Position numbers and translations under genes: made by a program. From Enterobacteria phage Ac3, in sequence record OK040907: DNA of 64,000 bases, one strand, 5' to 3'. The notes under the pieces were generated by a model. It ran no database searches. It saw only the letters and a list, made by a program, of their open reading frames with translations, and had not been told where the DNA came from. Position 1 is the stretch's first letter. The number at the start of each line of letters is the position of its first letter. Positions 40,127 to 49,470 of this stretch are shown here, in pieces.

Positions 40127-40453
40127 TTATACCTTAGTAATTTTCAGGTCTGCAAATTTTTTCTTGCGTTGATTTTTCATGCGACGAATAGTTTTATCGG
40201 AAATTTCATGCTTTTGATAAGCTTTAGATTCTACACCAAAAGCTTTAACATCAAATTCTGACAAGATATATTGAACCAACAATTCACGGACAGTATTGCG
40301 TCCAATTTTCTGATCATTCTGTTTCATCGTCTGATGAAGTTCTTTTTCCCATTTATCCAAAATTTGAGGAGTTACAATATCGCCTTTTTCTAGCAAAGAA
40401 ACTACTTTATCATATGCATAAGAATTAATGACGTTTTTAATCTGAATAGTCAT
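40127..40453 (-). CDS. hypothetical protein
   Basis: 108-aa ORF. Confidence 0.5.
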   Translation of the reverse strand: MTIQIKNVINSYAYDKVVSLLEKGDIVTPQILDKWEKELHQTMKQNDQKIGRNTVRELLVQYILSEFDVKAFGVESKAYQKHEISDKTIRRMKNQRKKKFADLKITKV

Positions 40454-40490
40454 ACATTATCCTCAATTACGTTAAAATTTTATTATCCAA

Positions 40491-40506
40491 AAAGGGCCGA
40501 AGCCCT
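40491..40506 (-). terminator. hairpin with UUCG tetraloop
   Basis: plus aagggc-cgaa-gccctt. Confidence 0.45.
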
Positions 40507-40706
40507 TAGCTAAACTTTTTGGCACCCTTCCAGCCTTCATACATCATTGCGGCTGATATTAATATTGCTCCTGAGCAACTTGAATATTTGTGATTCCAAA
40601 ACCAGTTTAGAAAAACTTCGTCATCAATACCTTGGGCTATCATATTTTCAAAGAACTGACGACGAGCTTCGGCAATTCGCTGCGATAATTTAGATTCAGG
40701 ATTCAT
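40506..40706 (-). CDS. small hypothetical protein
   Basis: 66-aa ORF. Confidence 0.45.
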   Translation of the reverse strand: MNPESKLSQRIAEARRQFFENMIAQGIDDEVFLNWFWNHKYSSCSGAILISAAMMYEGWKGAKKFS

Positions 40707-40838
40707 TTAAATTTCCCAATTGCCATTTTCATCAATAAATTTAATCCAGTCATTTACTGACCACTTAGTTGTATCGCCTTTTGGAGTAACATTTAAAGTG
40801 TATAACCCCTGCTTAAAAAGCATTCGTTTAATATTCAT
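40707..40838 (-). CDS. small hypothetical protein
   Basis: 43 aa from internal Met MNIKRMLF with GAGGA RBS; the longer ORF would overlap the upstream gene. Confidence 0.4.
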   Translation of the reverse strand: MNIKRMLFKQGLYTLNVTPKGDTTKWSVNDWIKFIDENGNWEI

Positions 40839-40845
40839 ATTTTCC

Positions 40846-41139
40846 TCAGCTGTAACGATAACATTCGTTTGATTTGCGCTTAGCAACTCGTTGAGATGTA
40901 TTATAATCAAAATCATCGTCAATGTAAACTGATTTTTTCAACTTTCTTACTTCACCACGCAGTTGACGATTCAATTCATTCTTAACCTCTGAATCAACAC
41001 CTCGCATACGTCGCCATTTATCTGAACGAAAAATGTTTTCAACCATATCTTTATGACTTACCCCATCAGGAGCTTTACGCTTTCCGAAATAGTCATAATC
41101 ACGAACTTTCAAGTCTTTACGACGATACGTTTTACCCAT
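40846..41139 (-). CDS. hypothetical basic protein
   Basis: 97 aa from Met MGKTYRRKDLK with AAGGA RBS. Confidence 0.45.
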   Translation of the reverse strand: MGKTYRRKDLKVRDYDYFGKRKAPDGVSHKDMVENIFRSDKWRRMRGVDSEVKNELNRQLRGEVRKLKKSVYIDDDFDYNTSQRVAKRKSNECYRYS

Positions 41140-41314
41140 GGAGTTTAATTTCCTTAGCAACTGAACTAAATACAGCACGATCACAAATCATGTGTTTATG
41201 TAACTTAAGTATAAGATAATAAACATCATAACCATTTACGTAAGTAACACGAACAACATTACCATTAATAAAATAATATTGTCCCTTTTTAATTTCTTTA
41301 TCAATCATAACCAT
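41132..41314 (-). CDS. small hypothetical protein
   Basis: 60-aa ORF downstream of promoter 41345-41374. Confidence 0.45.
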   Translation of the reverse strand: MVMIDKEIKKGQYYFINGNVVRVTYVNGYDVYYLILKLHKHMICDRAVFSSVAKEIKLHG

Positions 41315-41344
41315 ATCAATTCCTCAAAGGCAATTCATGTGTTA

Positions 41345-41374
41345 ATAATACCACAGTTTGAGCTTGTTGTAAAC
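41345..41374 (-). promoter_or_regulatory. early promoter (GTTTAC - 18 nt - TATTAT)
   Basis: plus ataata 41345-41350, gtaaac 41369-41374. Confidence 0.5.
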
Positions 41375-41454
41375 AACTTTGTGAAAATTATTTTAGGGAA
41401 TGATAAGAAGGGAACGATAGCTTAGAATGGTAATATACAGAATGTGAGAAAGAA

Positions 41455-41469
41455 AGGCCCAGAGGGCCC
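41455..41469 (-). terminator. short GC hairpin
   Basis: plus ggccc-aga-gggcc. Confidence 0.35.
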
Positions 41470-41472
41470 GTC

Positions 41473-41796
41473 TTAGTCTTCTATGATATCTCTATCATAT
41501 CCAAGTGAAATGAGAGTTTCTTTGAAGTGTTTAATGTTCTTTTGTCTAGAATCATTAATGAAAATGACTGGATAACGAATGTTAAGAGATGTGAATCCAG
41601 CGCGTTTAGCAAGAGATACAATCAGTGGGCGATCATACTCAATCTTACCATTATTTGTAAGAACTTTATAGAAAGTAAAAGGAGCATTAAGCTCCTTTAG
41701 AAGTTTTGTAACTGATTGACATCCAGGACAACGACCTACTTCATCTGGAATTCCATAGACTTCAATCTTATTCTTTAAGTTCGAGTTTTGTTCCAC
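41473..41796 (-). CDS. glutaredoxin-like protein (NrdH-like), start uncertain (possible GTG)
   Basis: CPGC redox motif; the annotated long ORF overlaps the upstream gene so real start is likely internal. Confidence 0.45.
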   Translation of the reverse strand: MEQNSNLKNKIEVYGIPDEVGRCPGCQSVTKLLKELNAPFTFYKVLTNNGKIEYDRPLIVSLAKRAGFTSLNIRYPVIFINDSRQKNIKHFKETLISLGYDRDIIED

Positions 41797-42079
41797 GAGA
41801 AATAATTCCTTGGTAAGCCCAATAAGGAGGATTAACAGAATCCTCACCAGAGTTTTCTTCAGGAAAATAAACCTGGATAACGAAGCCGGATTCATCAAAG
41901 GTGAAATAAGTAGTAGGCAGTTCACCTAACAAATCGGCACGAGCGTTGATTTCTTCGAGGTCTTGTTCACGTCCAGCCCAGAAGCTTGGGTTCAGACTAC
42001 ATTCATAGAAATAATAGTCATTACCGAACATATCAAAACCATTCCAACTCTCTACTACATACCGCTCAAAACTAATCAT
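41768..42079 (-). CDS. hypothetical protein
   Basis: 103-aa ORF. Confidence 0.5.
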   Translation of the reverse strand: MISFERYVVESWNGFDMFGNDYYFYECSLNPSFWAGREQDLEEINARADLLGELPTTYFTFDESGFVIQVYFPEENSGEDSVNPPYWAYQGIISRGTKLELKE

Positions 42080-42081
42080 AA

Positions 42082-42297
42082 TTAAGCCTTTTTATCAAGA
42101 ACAGCATTCAGCTTGTTAGTAATTTTATCCAGACGCTTATTGAACTCACTAGAAGATAAGCCCTTTTCTGGAGAAATTAAACTAATCACGAAAAATATAG
42201 CAATAAAAGGAATAAGGAAAATAGCTCCAACTGCCATAAACAGAAAGAATGTTACAGTTGTAAGAAAATCAGCTAAACCTTTACGAAATTTATACAT
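42082..42297 (-). CDS. small membrane protein
   Basis: 71-aa ORF with one long hydrophobic helix. Confidence 0.5.
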   Translation of the reverse strand: MYKFRKGLADFLTTVTFFLFMAVGAIFLIPFIAIFFVISLISPEKGLSSSEFNKRLDKITNKLNAVLDKKA

Positions 42298-42306
42298 ATT
42301 TTACCC

Positions 42307-42420
42307 TTAATTGATTAACCAAGCATTGATAAGCACTAAACTATATTGCGAATAAAATTCTGGACCAAAATGAAAAATCATATCATTTATAGTATCCATA
42401 ATGTAATTCAATTTAATCAT
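42307..42420 (-). CDS. small hypothetical peptide
   Basis: 37 aa from Met MIKLNYIMD, start 2 nt after nrdG stop. Confidence 0.3.
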   Translation of the reverse strand: MIKLNYIMDTINDMIFHFGPEFYSQYSLVLINAWLIN

Positions 42421-42883
42421 GTGTCCACACCCCATCGGTATTTGACCAAAGTCGCTGATTATCTGATCCTCGCCACAGCTTTTTGGTCGGAAGATTTTTC
42501 TCATACTTCCCATCAATAATAACATCAACATATTTAAGCATTTCTAGTTGTTTAATATCTTCAAACTTATATCCTGTCCACAACCAAATGCTTTTATTGG
42601 GATAAAGATTTTTAATAGTTTGAACCACAGAGTGAATCACGTCTCTGTTATCAGGATAAAGAGGGTCACCTCCGGTTATAGTTAATCCTTCTATATAATC
42701 ATTATTCAAACATTCAATCAATTGTTCTAGTGTTTCACCAGTGAATGGAATACCATTTCTAGCATTCCATGTTGATTTATTATAACACCCTTCGCATTTA
42801 TGCAAACAACCTGTAACGAAAAGAACGACCCTGCATCCAGGGCCATTCACAAAATCACAGGGATAAAATCTATCGTAATTCAT
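42413..42883 (-). CDS. nrdG: anaerobic ribonucleotide reductase activating protein (radical SAM)
   Basis: 156-aa ORF with CLHKCEGC cluster motif; matches T4 NrdG length. Confidence 0.85.
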   Translation of the reverse strand: MNYDRFYPCDFVNGPGCRVVLFVTGCLHKCEGCYNKSTWNARNGIPFTGETLEQLIECLNNDYIEGLTITGGDPLYPDNRDVIHSVVQTIKNLYPNKSIWLWTGYKFEDIKQLEMLKYVDVIIDGKYEKNLPTKKLWRGSDNQRLWSNTDGVWTHD

Positions 42884-44697
42884 TGGTGTTTAACCCTATG
42901 CATGATTTCTTTATTTTTACCGAGATTAAATCCGCGCTCGTTCGGATTTCCCAAATAACCACATGTTCTTCTTATTGTGTTCATCTTTTTAGGATCAGTT
43001 TCTCCACAAATAGAACAAACAAATCCGTTTTCAGTAGGAGTCATTTCATGGGTACTTCCACATGTAAAACATTTATCTACTGGCATATTAACACCAAAAT
43101 AATCTAAATGTTGTGCGGCATAATCCCATACAGCCTCAAGACCTTTTAAGTTATTTTTCATATCAGGAAGTTCAACATAAGAAATGTGACCACCTGTCGC
43201 AATGAAATGATATGGCGCTTCACGAGAAATCTTTTCAAACGGAGTAACATTTTCTTCTACTGAAACGTGGAAACTGTTAGTGTACCAGCCTTTATCAGTA
43301 ACATCCTTTACACTTCCATATTTTTCTGTATCAAGTTTACAGAAGCGATAGCAAAGGTTTTCAGCAGGAGTAGAATACAAACTAAAAGCAAACCCAGTTC
43401 TTTCAGTCCACTGTTTAAGATGAGCATTCATTTTAGTTAAAATTTCTTGTCCAATATCACGACCGATAAGAATATTCAATTCGTGAATACCAATGTATCC
43501 TAAAGACACTGAACTTCTACCGTTTTTAAATAACTCAATTATATCGTCATCGGGTTTAAGACGAACCCCGAATGCACCTTCTTGGTAAAGAATAGGAGCA
43601 ACAGTAGCTTTAACTCCTTTTAAGGAACTAATTCTACACATCAAAGCTTCAAAACATAAATCCATTCGTTCATTGAACAATTCGATAAATTTCTGTTCAT
43701 TGAGCTGTGTTCCAATATAAGAATCTAATGCGATACGAGGAAGATTCAGTGTTACAACACCGAGATTATTACGTCCATCAAGAATTTCATTGCCAGTCGA
43801 ATCTTTCCATACGCTCAAGAAACTACGACAACCCATTGGAGAAACAGGAACAGATGAACCAGTGATAGCTTTATTGTTCTTAGCTGAAATAATATCAGGA
43901 TACATCCTTTTGCTTGCACACTCTAAAGCAAGCTGCTTAATATCATAGTTCGGATCGTCTTTATAAAGATTAACACCTTCTTCAACAAACATAACAAGCT
44001 TAGGGAAAATAGGAGTTATCCCATCACGACCAAGACCTTTAATACGATTTTTCAGAATTGCTTTCTGAATCATTCGTTCAGTCCAGTCAGTTCCTGTACC
44101 AAATGTAATTGTTACAAAAGGTGTTTGTCCGTTTGAACTAAAGAGAGTATTTACTTCATATTCATAAGCTTGGAATGCATCGTATACATCTTTTTCTGTT
44201 TTAGATTGAGCATAATTTAACGCATCAGCGATTTGCCATTTTTCTGCATCCTCAATATGTTTTGCATAGGTGCGTTTAACATAAGGAGAAAGTACTTTAT
44301 CTACATTAGCAAAAGTCGTTCCGCCGTATTGATGGGAAGCAACCTGTGCAGTAATTTGTGCCATAATTGCAGTAGCAACACCGATTGATTTAGGAGTTTC
44401 AATCTGTGCATTACCAAGCTTAAATCCGTTCTCAAGCATTCCTTTTAAATCTACTAAACAACAATTAGTAAATGGAAGAGCAGGGGAATAATCAATATCA
44501 TGGAAATGAATAATTCCGCTTTCATGCGCTTTCATAATAAAAGACGGGACCATATTTTTGGCAATGTGTTTAGACACAATACCAGCCATAAGGTCCCGTT
44601 GAGTTGGAAAAACACGAGAATCTTTATTAGCATTCTCGTTTAAAAGGTCTTTATTAGTTTTATGAATCAATCCTTCAATTTCTTTTTCAATTGTCAT
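42880..44697 (-). CDS. nrdD: anaerobic ribonucleoside-triphosphate reductase, intron-less
   Basis: 605-aa continuous ORF; C-terminal glycyl-radical motif and Zn-ribbon CFTCGSTHEM...CSICG. Confidence 0.9.
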   Translation of the reverse strand: MTIEKEIEGLIHKTNKDLLNENANKDSRVFPTQRDLMAGIVSKHIAKNMVPSFIMKAHESGIIHFHDIDYSPALPFTNCCLVDLKGMLENGFKLGNAQIETPKSIGVATAIMAQITAQVASHQYGGTTFANVDKVLSPYVKRTYAKHIEDAEKWQIADALNYAQSKTEKDVYDAFQAYEYEVNTLFSSNGQTPFVTITFGTGTDWTERMIQKAILKNRIKGLGRDGITPIFPKLVMFVEEGVNLYKDDPNYDIKQLALECASKRMYPDIISAKNNKAITGSSVPVSPMGCRSFLSVWKDSTGNEILDGRNNLGVVTLNLPRIALDSYIGTQLNEQKFIELFNERMDLCFEALMCRISSLKGVKATVAPILYQEGAFGVRLKPDDDIIELFKNGRSSVSLGYIGIHELNILIGRDIGQEILTKMNAHLKQWTERTGFAFSLYSTPAENLCYRFCKLDTEKYGSVKDVTDKGWYTNSFHVSVEENVTPFEKISREAPYHFIATGGHISYVELPDMKNNLKGLEAVWDYAAQHLDYFGVNMPVDKCFTCGSTHEMTPTENGFVCSICGETDPKKMNTIRRTCGYLGNPNERGFNLGKNKEIMHRVKHQ

Positions 44698-45167
44698 TTT
44701 AAACTCTTTCTAAGCTGCTTCTTAAATGAAGCTATTAATTGTGTTTTAGTGTCAGATTCATTATATTCAAATCCTCTTTGAAGCATCTCAGCCATCATTT
44801 CCTCTTTTCCTAAACGAGAAAATTCCTTTGATTTATCTCCAACAAAGTTAGGGTGAATATTATTTTGGGTGTAATCGGATTTTAAATAAGTAAGTAAATT
44901 TTCTAACCATTCAAGATAATCAACACCCTGTCCCTTTAAGCCAGAACGATTAAATTTATGCTTCATTTGACCTTCTGCGGCATTGCAGAGATTACAAAGC
45001 AATCCACGTACCTTTCCTGCTTTTGGTCCATTTAATTCATGGTCATGATCAAGATGATTAGCTTGAACATCAGGATTTAGTTCTCGTTGGCAAATTAAAC
45101 ATTTACCATTTTGTGCATCATAAAATTTCTGTTTTTCTTCTTTATATAATTTGCCAGTCAATAACAT
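44694..45167 (-). CDS. 49: endonuclease VII (Holliday junction resolvase)
   Basis: 157-aa ORF MLLTGKLYKEEKQKFYDAQNGKCLICQRELN... Confidence 0.9.
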   Translation of the reverse strand: MLLTGKLYKEEKQKFYDAQNGKCLICQRELNPDVQANHLDHDHELNGPKAGKVRGLLCNLCNAAEGQMKHKFNRSGLKGQGVDYLEWLENLLTYLKSDYTQNNIHPNFVGDKSKEFSRLGKEEMMAEMLQRGFEYNESDTKTQLIASFKKQLRKSLK

Positions 45168-45208
45168 AATAAACCCTTACCTTAAATAGATAAGGGTATT
45201 TATTATTT

Positions 45209-45694
45209 TCAAGTATTGTAAAACATTTGATTCAATCGCTTATATTGCCGAATCTTTTGGTCAGAAAAAGAAATTTGGGTTTCAAGCCATTCAATATATT
45301 CTGCCGCAGCTTGCATCAAATTTCCTTCATAGCCATCGTTATTTTCTTGTGCAGCTAATTTAGCTAATGCGTATGAAATACGTTCACCTTGAAAATCAGC
45401 TTTAGGCTTCTGAACAACTTGATTAGTTCTCTCTACAACTTCTTCAATTTCGCCATTTTCTACTGATTCAGTATTCCACAAGCACCAATACGTAATTGGC
45501 TTATCGTAGATGTTAATAATCTTTCCATCAGAAAGTTCAATTTCAATAATTCCAGTATCAGGCTCTATATCATCTTCACATTCTTTTGCAAGTTCACGAA
45601 CTTTAAAGACAGTACCTGCACTAAGTTCCGGCCAGTAATTACACAGCCCTATATCAGCACGATTAATTCTAAACCACTTATCTACTGTAATCAT
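45209..45694 (-). CDS. hypothetical protein, possibly Pin (protease inhibitor)
   Basis: 161 aa from Met MITVDKW; positional and size-based guess only. Confidence 0.4.
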   Translation of the reverse strand: MITVDKWFRINRADIGLCNYWPELSAGTVFKVRELAKECEDDIEPDTGIIEIELSDGKIINIYDKPITYWCLWNTESVENGEIEEVVERTNQVVQKPKADFQGERISYALAKLAAQENNDGYEGNLMQAAAEYIEWLETQISFSDQKIRQYKRLNQMFYNT

Positions 45695-45817
45695 GTCCCA
45701 TCTCCATATCAATTAAGTCATTTATCGTCGGTTCATTATATATTGTTTCTTCATCAGTGTAAACCGGTTCTTCCGGCTCTGGCTCTACAGTTTCCCATCT
45801 AGCCGCCCACCAAGGTT

Positions 45818-46138
45818 TTATAGCGTAATCCATTCTCGTACTGTCTGAGTTACTACACGTTCATGGGGCTCGACTAGTTCAACAGTCGGAACTGCATAAT
45901 ACCAGTCAGAATGATAAGAACCTGACCGAGATTCATTTACCGCTACATGTACATTATGTTTTGGACTAAAGTAAACACACTGACGATATTGACATTTACC
46001 ATCTTGCACCCAGTCTTCTATTTCGACAGGTTTAAGATAATCGGAAAAATCGAAATCATAGTTTTCCGAAAATGCATCATGGTCTTCAATGATTTCGCTC
46101 AGAACTGCATCAACATCTAATTTATTTTCAATAGTCAT
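45818..46138 (-). CDS. hypothetical protein
   Basis: 106-aa ORF. Confidence 0.5.
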   Translation of the reverse strand: MTIENKLDVDAVLSEIIEDHDAFSENYDFDFSDYLKPVEIEDWVQDGKCQYRQCVYFSPKHNVHVAVNESRSGSYHSDWYYAVPTVELVEPHERVVTQTVREWITL

Positions 46139-46148
46139 TTTTCACCAA

Positions 46149-46319
46149 TTAGTTGCGCAGCTTATTCAGTTCCTCGTCATCGATCCAAGACTCCAGACCG
46201 GACGGCAGAGCACATTCGATCTCCCACAGGAGTTCCTCAATTTTCTGCAGGCGATCCAGTTCCTCAGCCGGGATGGTCACCATGGACGGTGCACGGCTTA
46301 CGTTAATGTCATAGATCAT
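46149..46319 (-). CDS. small acidic protein with E. coli-optimised-looking codon usage
   Basis: 56-aa ORF below track cutoff (MIYDINVSRAPSMVTIPAEELDRLQKIEELLWEIECALPSGLESWIDDEELNKLRN); GC-rich island bounded by native genes. Confidence 0.5.
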   Translation of the reverse strand: MIYDINVSRAPSMVTIPAEELDRLQKIEELLWEIECALPSGLESWIDDEELNKLRN

Positions 46320-46321
46320 AT

Positions 46322-46537
46322 TTACCCCAATTTAACCATACAATCGCCGTATTTCCACTTAGAAATAGACTTTTCACCATTAGAATAATAAACTTCGAGT
46401 TTAGCACGATTATTTTTAATTTGAATAACCTTGGCTGTCATCAAAGTTCCATACCCATAATAAACTGCAACTTCATCACCTACATATACCGCGCTTCCGC
46501 GGTAATCATGAATATAGTCAGTTCCTTCGAGCATCAT
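46322..46537 (-). CDS. small hypothetical protein
   Basis: 71-aa ORF. Confidence 0.5.
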   Translation of the reverse strand: MMLEGTDYIHDYRGSAVYVGDEVAVYYGYGTLMTAKVIQIKNNRAKLEVYYSNGEKSISKWKYGDCMVKLG

Positions 46538-46797
46538 TTAAAATATTCTCGCAGTTGGTCAAATCCACCAATATGACTTCCATCAGGAGCAAATACCTGG
46601 GGCATTGTCAAGCCGATTTGAGTATCACGACCTAGTTTAGTCAGAAGCTCAGCGATTTTCTCATCATCAAAAACACCTTTTTCCGGCATAATGTTGATAA
46701 ATTCAAACGGCTGTTTCTTCACGGTCAAAAGACGTTTTGCATTATCGCAATACACACATTTATGAATGTTGCTATCATAACCATATACTTTAAACAT
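46534..46797 (-). CDS. nrdC: glutaredoxin/thioredoxin
   Basis: 87-aa ORF with CVYC active site; matches T4 NrdC. Confidence 0.85.
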   Translation of the reverse strand: MFKVYGYDSNIHKCVYCDNAKRLLTVKKQPFEFINIMPEKGVFDDEKIAELLTKLGRDTQIGLTMPQVFAPDGSHIGGFDQLREYFK

Positions 46798-46798
46798 A

Positions 46799-47041
46799 TT
46801 ATTCCTTAATTCCTAGTACTTGTTTAAAAGTCTCGTCGTAATCAAGACTTTGGCCTGTTTGTTCTTTATGTTTGTATATAATATCACTTACTTCTGATAG
46901 CATATTTTTATATGAACGAGTTAAAGCAGATTTAAGTACGCTGTACCTATCAGGAAATTTACCATGTTCATTATAATAAGCTATTGCTAATTCACGGACT
47001 GCCTTTTCAGCAGCCTCCATATATTCTTTACGCTTGGTCAT
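46799..47041 (-). CDS. small hypothetical protein
   Basis: 80-aa ORF. Confidence 0.5.
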   Translation of the reverse strand: MTKRKEYMEAAEKAVRELAIAYYNEHGKFPDRYSVLKSALTRSYKNMLSEVSDIIYKHKEQTGQSLDYDETFKQVLGIKE

Positions 47042-47043
47042 TT

Positions 47044-47433
47044 TTAATCCAAAATATTATTAGGCATTGGTTGAACACTCACAAGTTCTTTAAAGAACTC
47101 AGTAGAGTCAGGCAATTTAACCATTTCCGGAGCATGCTTACTGAATTTATGTTTACATTGACGGCATTTATATTCAAGCTCTGGTTTACGCCAGTTAATC
47201 AATTGAACTTGTTCAGTACCGCATTCAGGGCAATTAGGAACGTTTTTAGAAGCTCTTTCACGTCGTTCAACCATAGCCATAATAGCATCCCATGCTGGAG
47301 GTTTAAAATCTAAATCGTCGCAGCCGTGAATCTTTCCACGCATTTCCAAATCGTCTTCTTCACCAGCCATAATAATTTTAATTAGACTAGAATTACTTGA
47401 AGCTGCAATGTCTTCTAATAAACGCTTTTTCAT
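47044..47433 (-). CDS. zinc-finger protein
   Basis: 129-aa ORF with CPECG...CRQCKH. Confidence 0.5.
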   Translation of the reverse strand: MKKRLLEDIAASSNSSLIKIIMAGEEDDLEMRGKIHGCDDLDFKPPAWDAIMAMVERRERASKNVPNCPECGTEQVQLINWRKPELEYKCRQCKHKFSKHAPEMVKLPDSTEFFKELVSVQPMPNNILD

Positions 47434-48356
47434 TTCAATACCTCAATAGCATTACGTAAACCATTTGCTTTGGCGGTTAAAGCCTTAAGAACTTTAGTAT
47501 GCTCTTCAATCTGTTTTTCAACTTCAATCAAACGGGCACTGAGATATTCGCGTTCTTCTTTCATAGTATCATTTCCATGATTGGATTTTGGTGTAGGTTT
47601 AAATTCACTAGGGTCCTTTAATTTAATAACAAATTTAGTTTCAAACAGTGAAAGACCATAATTCGTATTATCATCAAAGGATTTGACTACATCCATATCA
47701 GATAATAACACGCGCAAATTATAAGCCAAAGAACTAATAGTTTCATTGTGTTTATTAGCTTCGCGTGGTTTCATATACGGAAGATTTTTATATATCTCAT
47801 GCGGAGCGCAAACGATAATTGACAATTCAAATTGTCCATTCTGGGACGATGGAGTGAATTTAGCCGTAACCCAGTCTTTTACATTCACATTAATAGTACG
47901 GTTATCACCATGACAAAACAGTCTACGAGAATGCTTAAAAAGCATATTCACGTTATTATTGAATTCGTGTGAAAATTCACTAGCAAATTTTTCTTTACTA
48001 TCTTTAGAAAACCATTCTTCTAAATAAGTTCTTTTCACGTCGTTAATAATATTAAATGTAACAACACTAGCATTTGATACATTAGTCTCAATGTAGCTTG
48101 GATACATAAATTTTTTAATATTATTAACAGCTATCACAGAAGATAGTAATCGGGAACGTTTGAACCACTCGAGCAAAGAACCAAGAGAATGTGAATACGC
48201 ATTTTGTGTATCTTTACAAATATGGTTTTCCCATCCAATATAGTCTAAAAAATCACGAAGAATATTATTGATTACTTCTCTATGTCCTTTCTGATAATCA
48301 CGATGTTTAGTAATAAGACTGTCAAAATAATCAATATAATGTTTACGAGTTTTCAT
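47430..48356 (-). CDS. hypothetical protein with C-terminal coiled coil (array member 1)
   Basis: 308 aa; one of four adjacent 300-340-aa ORFs each ending in a coiled-coil tail. Confidence 0.55.
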   Translation of the reverse strand: MKTRKHYIDYFDSLITKHRDYQKGHREVINNILRDFLDYIGWENHICKDTQNAYSHSLGSLLEWFKRSRLLSSVIAVNNIKKFMYPSYIETNVSNASVVTFNIINDVKRTYLEEWFSKDSKEKFASEFSHEFNNNVNMLFKHSRRLFCHGDNRTINVNVKDWVTAKFTPSSQNGQFELSIIVCAPHEIYKNLPYMKPREANKHNETISSLAYNLRVLLSDMDVVKSFDDNTNYGLSLFETKFVIKLKDPSEFKPTPKSNHGNDTMKEEREYLSARLIEVEKQIEEHTKVLKALTAKANGLRNAIEVLK

Positions 48357-48389
48357 GTTCTTCTCACTTGGTTAATGATTTATACTCCG

Positions 48390-48403
48390 AGCCATCCTTG
48401 GCT
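48390..48403 (-). terminator. hairpin
   Basis: plus agcca-tcct-tggct. Confidence 0.35.
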
Positions 48404-48410
48404 TTAAATT

Positions 48411-49412
48411 TTACTTAATTAACTGTAAAGCTTGTTCCAGACGATCAAGACGATTAACAGATTCTTCCCAAATCCTTTTAGCCTGCTCATATTCTTTCTG
48501 TGCTTTATTAGAAATTTCTAGAACTTCTTTATAAGCTTTTTCTAGTGCAATAACTTCTGGACGAATTTCTATCGGTTCAGGTGAATCATCAAGATTATCC
48601 ATTAGTTCCTCAAGGGTAGTTTCTTCTTTAGGAGTATTCACAATTTCATCACATTTTTGTTGATAAATTTCTTTATCAGTAGGTGAGTACGCGCACTTTA
48701 CTTCACGAAGACTAATTACAATTTTATATCCTTCCCAACCACCCATATTTTTGAAAGGATATGTATGAATACTTTTTACAGTTTCCATACAATCCAAAGC
48801 CGTCTCTAATTGATGAGTTATAGTGCTAGCAATTGAGAAAAATTTATTAATATTCTTTTGGTTAGCTTCTGGTGTAAAAAATTCGTAATTCACAAAAATA
48901 GCTACTTTATTTTTATCAAGCTCATATTCTTTTACGATAATCATATCAGAAGCCAAAGGATGAATTTGACGATAATCGCCATAACATAATTTAGAAGCTG
49001 ATTTTAGAATTTGTCCTTTAAAAAGTCTGAAATTGCTAATCCAACGACGAGTAAAAATATTCTTAGGGTCTTCTTTGATATTAAGATGATAAGAATTAAC
49101 ATCACCGAACCAATTGTATCCTATTACACCTTTAGTTCGTTTAATTTCTTTCCCAAAATTACCAAGAATATCCCGATTAACCAAATATGAAAGAAGACGA
49201 GACCCTTTAAAGATTATCTTAATATCATCTTTATCTACACGGCTAGAAATTTCACGAACTTCATGAATAAATTTACTGGAAGAAACAATACTTGCATCAA
49301 TACTGCTGAGCCATTGATTGATAATAGAAAGAACAGCGTTCTGACTAGACATGGGTTTAACTTTATCATCAATAACACTATTGAATGATTTGATATATTC
49401 GTTACGAGTCAT
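48411..49412 (-). CDS. hypothetical protein with C-terminal coiled coil (array member 2)
   Basis: 333 aa from Met MTRNEYIKSF with GAGGAG RBS; the longer ORF start lies inside promoter 49441-49470. Confidence 0.55.
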   Translation of the reverse strand: MTRNEYIKSFNSVIDDKVKPMSSQNAVLSIINQWLSSIDASIVSSSKFIHEVREISSRVDKDDIKIIFKGSRLLSYLVNRDILGNFGKEIKRTKGVIGYNWFGDVNSYHLNIKEDPKNIFTRRWISNFRLFKGQILKSASKLCYGDYRQIHPLASDMIIVKEYELDKNKVAIFVNYEFFTPEANQKNINKFFSIASTITHQLETALDCMETVKSIHTYPFKNMGGWEGYKIVISLREVKCAYSPTDKEIYQQKCDEIVNTPKEETTLEELMDNLDDSPEPIEIRPEVIALEKAYKEVLEISNKAQKEYEQAKRIWEESVNRLDRLEQALQLIK

Positions 49413-49440
49413 AATAATCTCCTCAGTAGAAAGTAAGAAC

Positions 49441-49470
49441 ATTATACCACATCCTTGTGGTAAAGTAAAC
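49441..49470 (-). promoter_or_regulatory. early promoter (GTTTAC - 18 nt - TATAAT), 32-nt identical copy of the one at 2418-2449
   Basis: plus attataccacatccttgtggtaaagtaaac. Confidence 0.6.
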
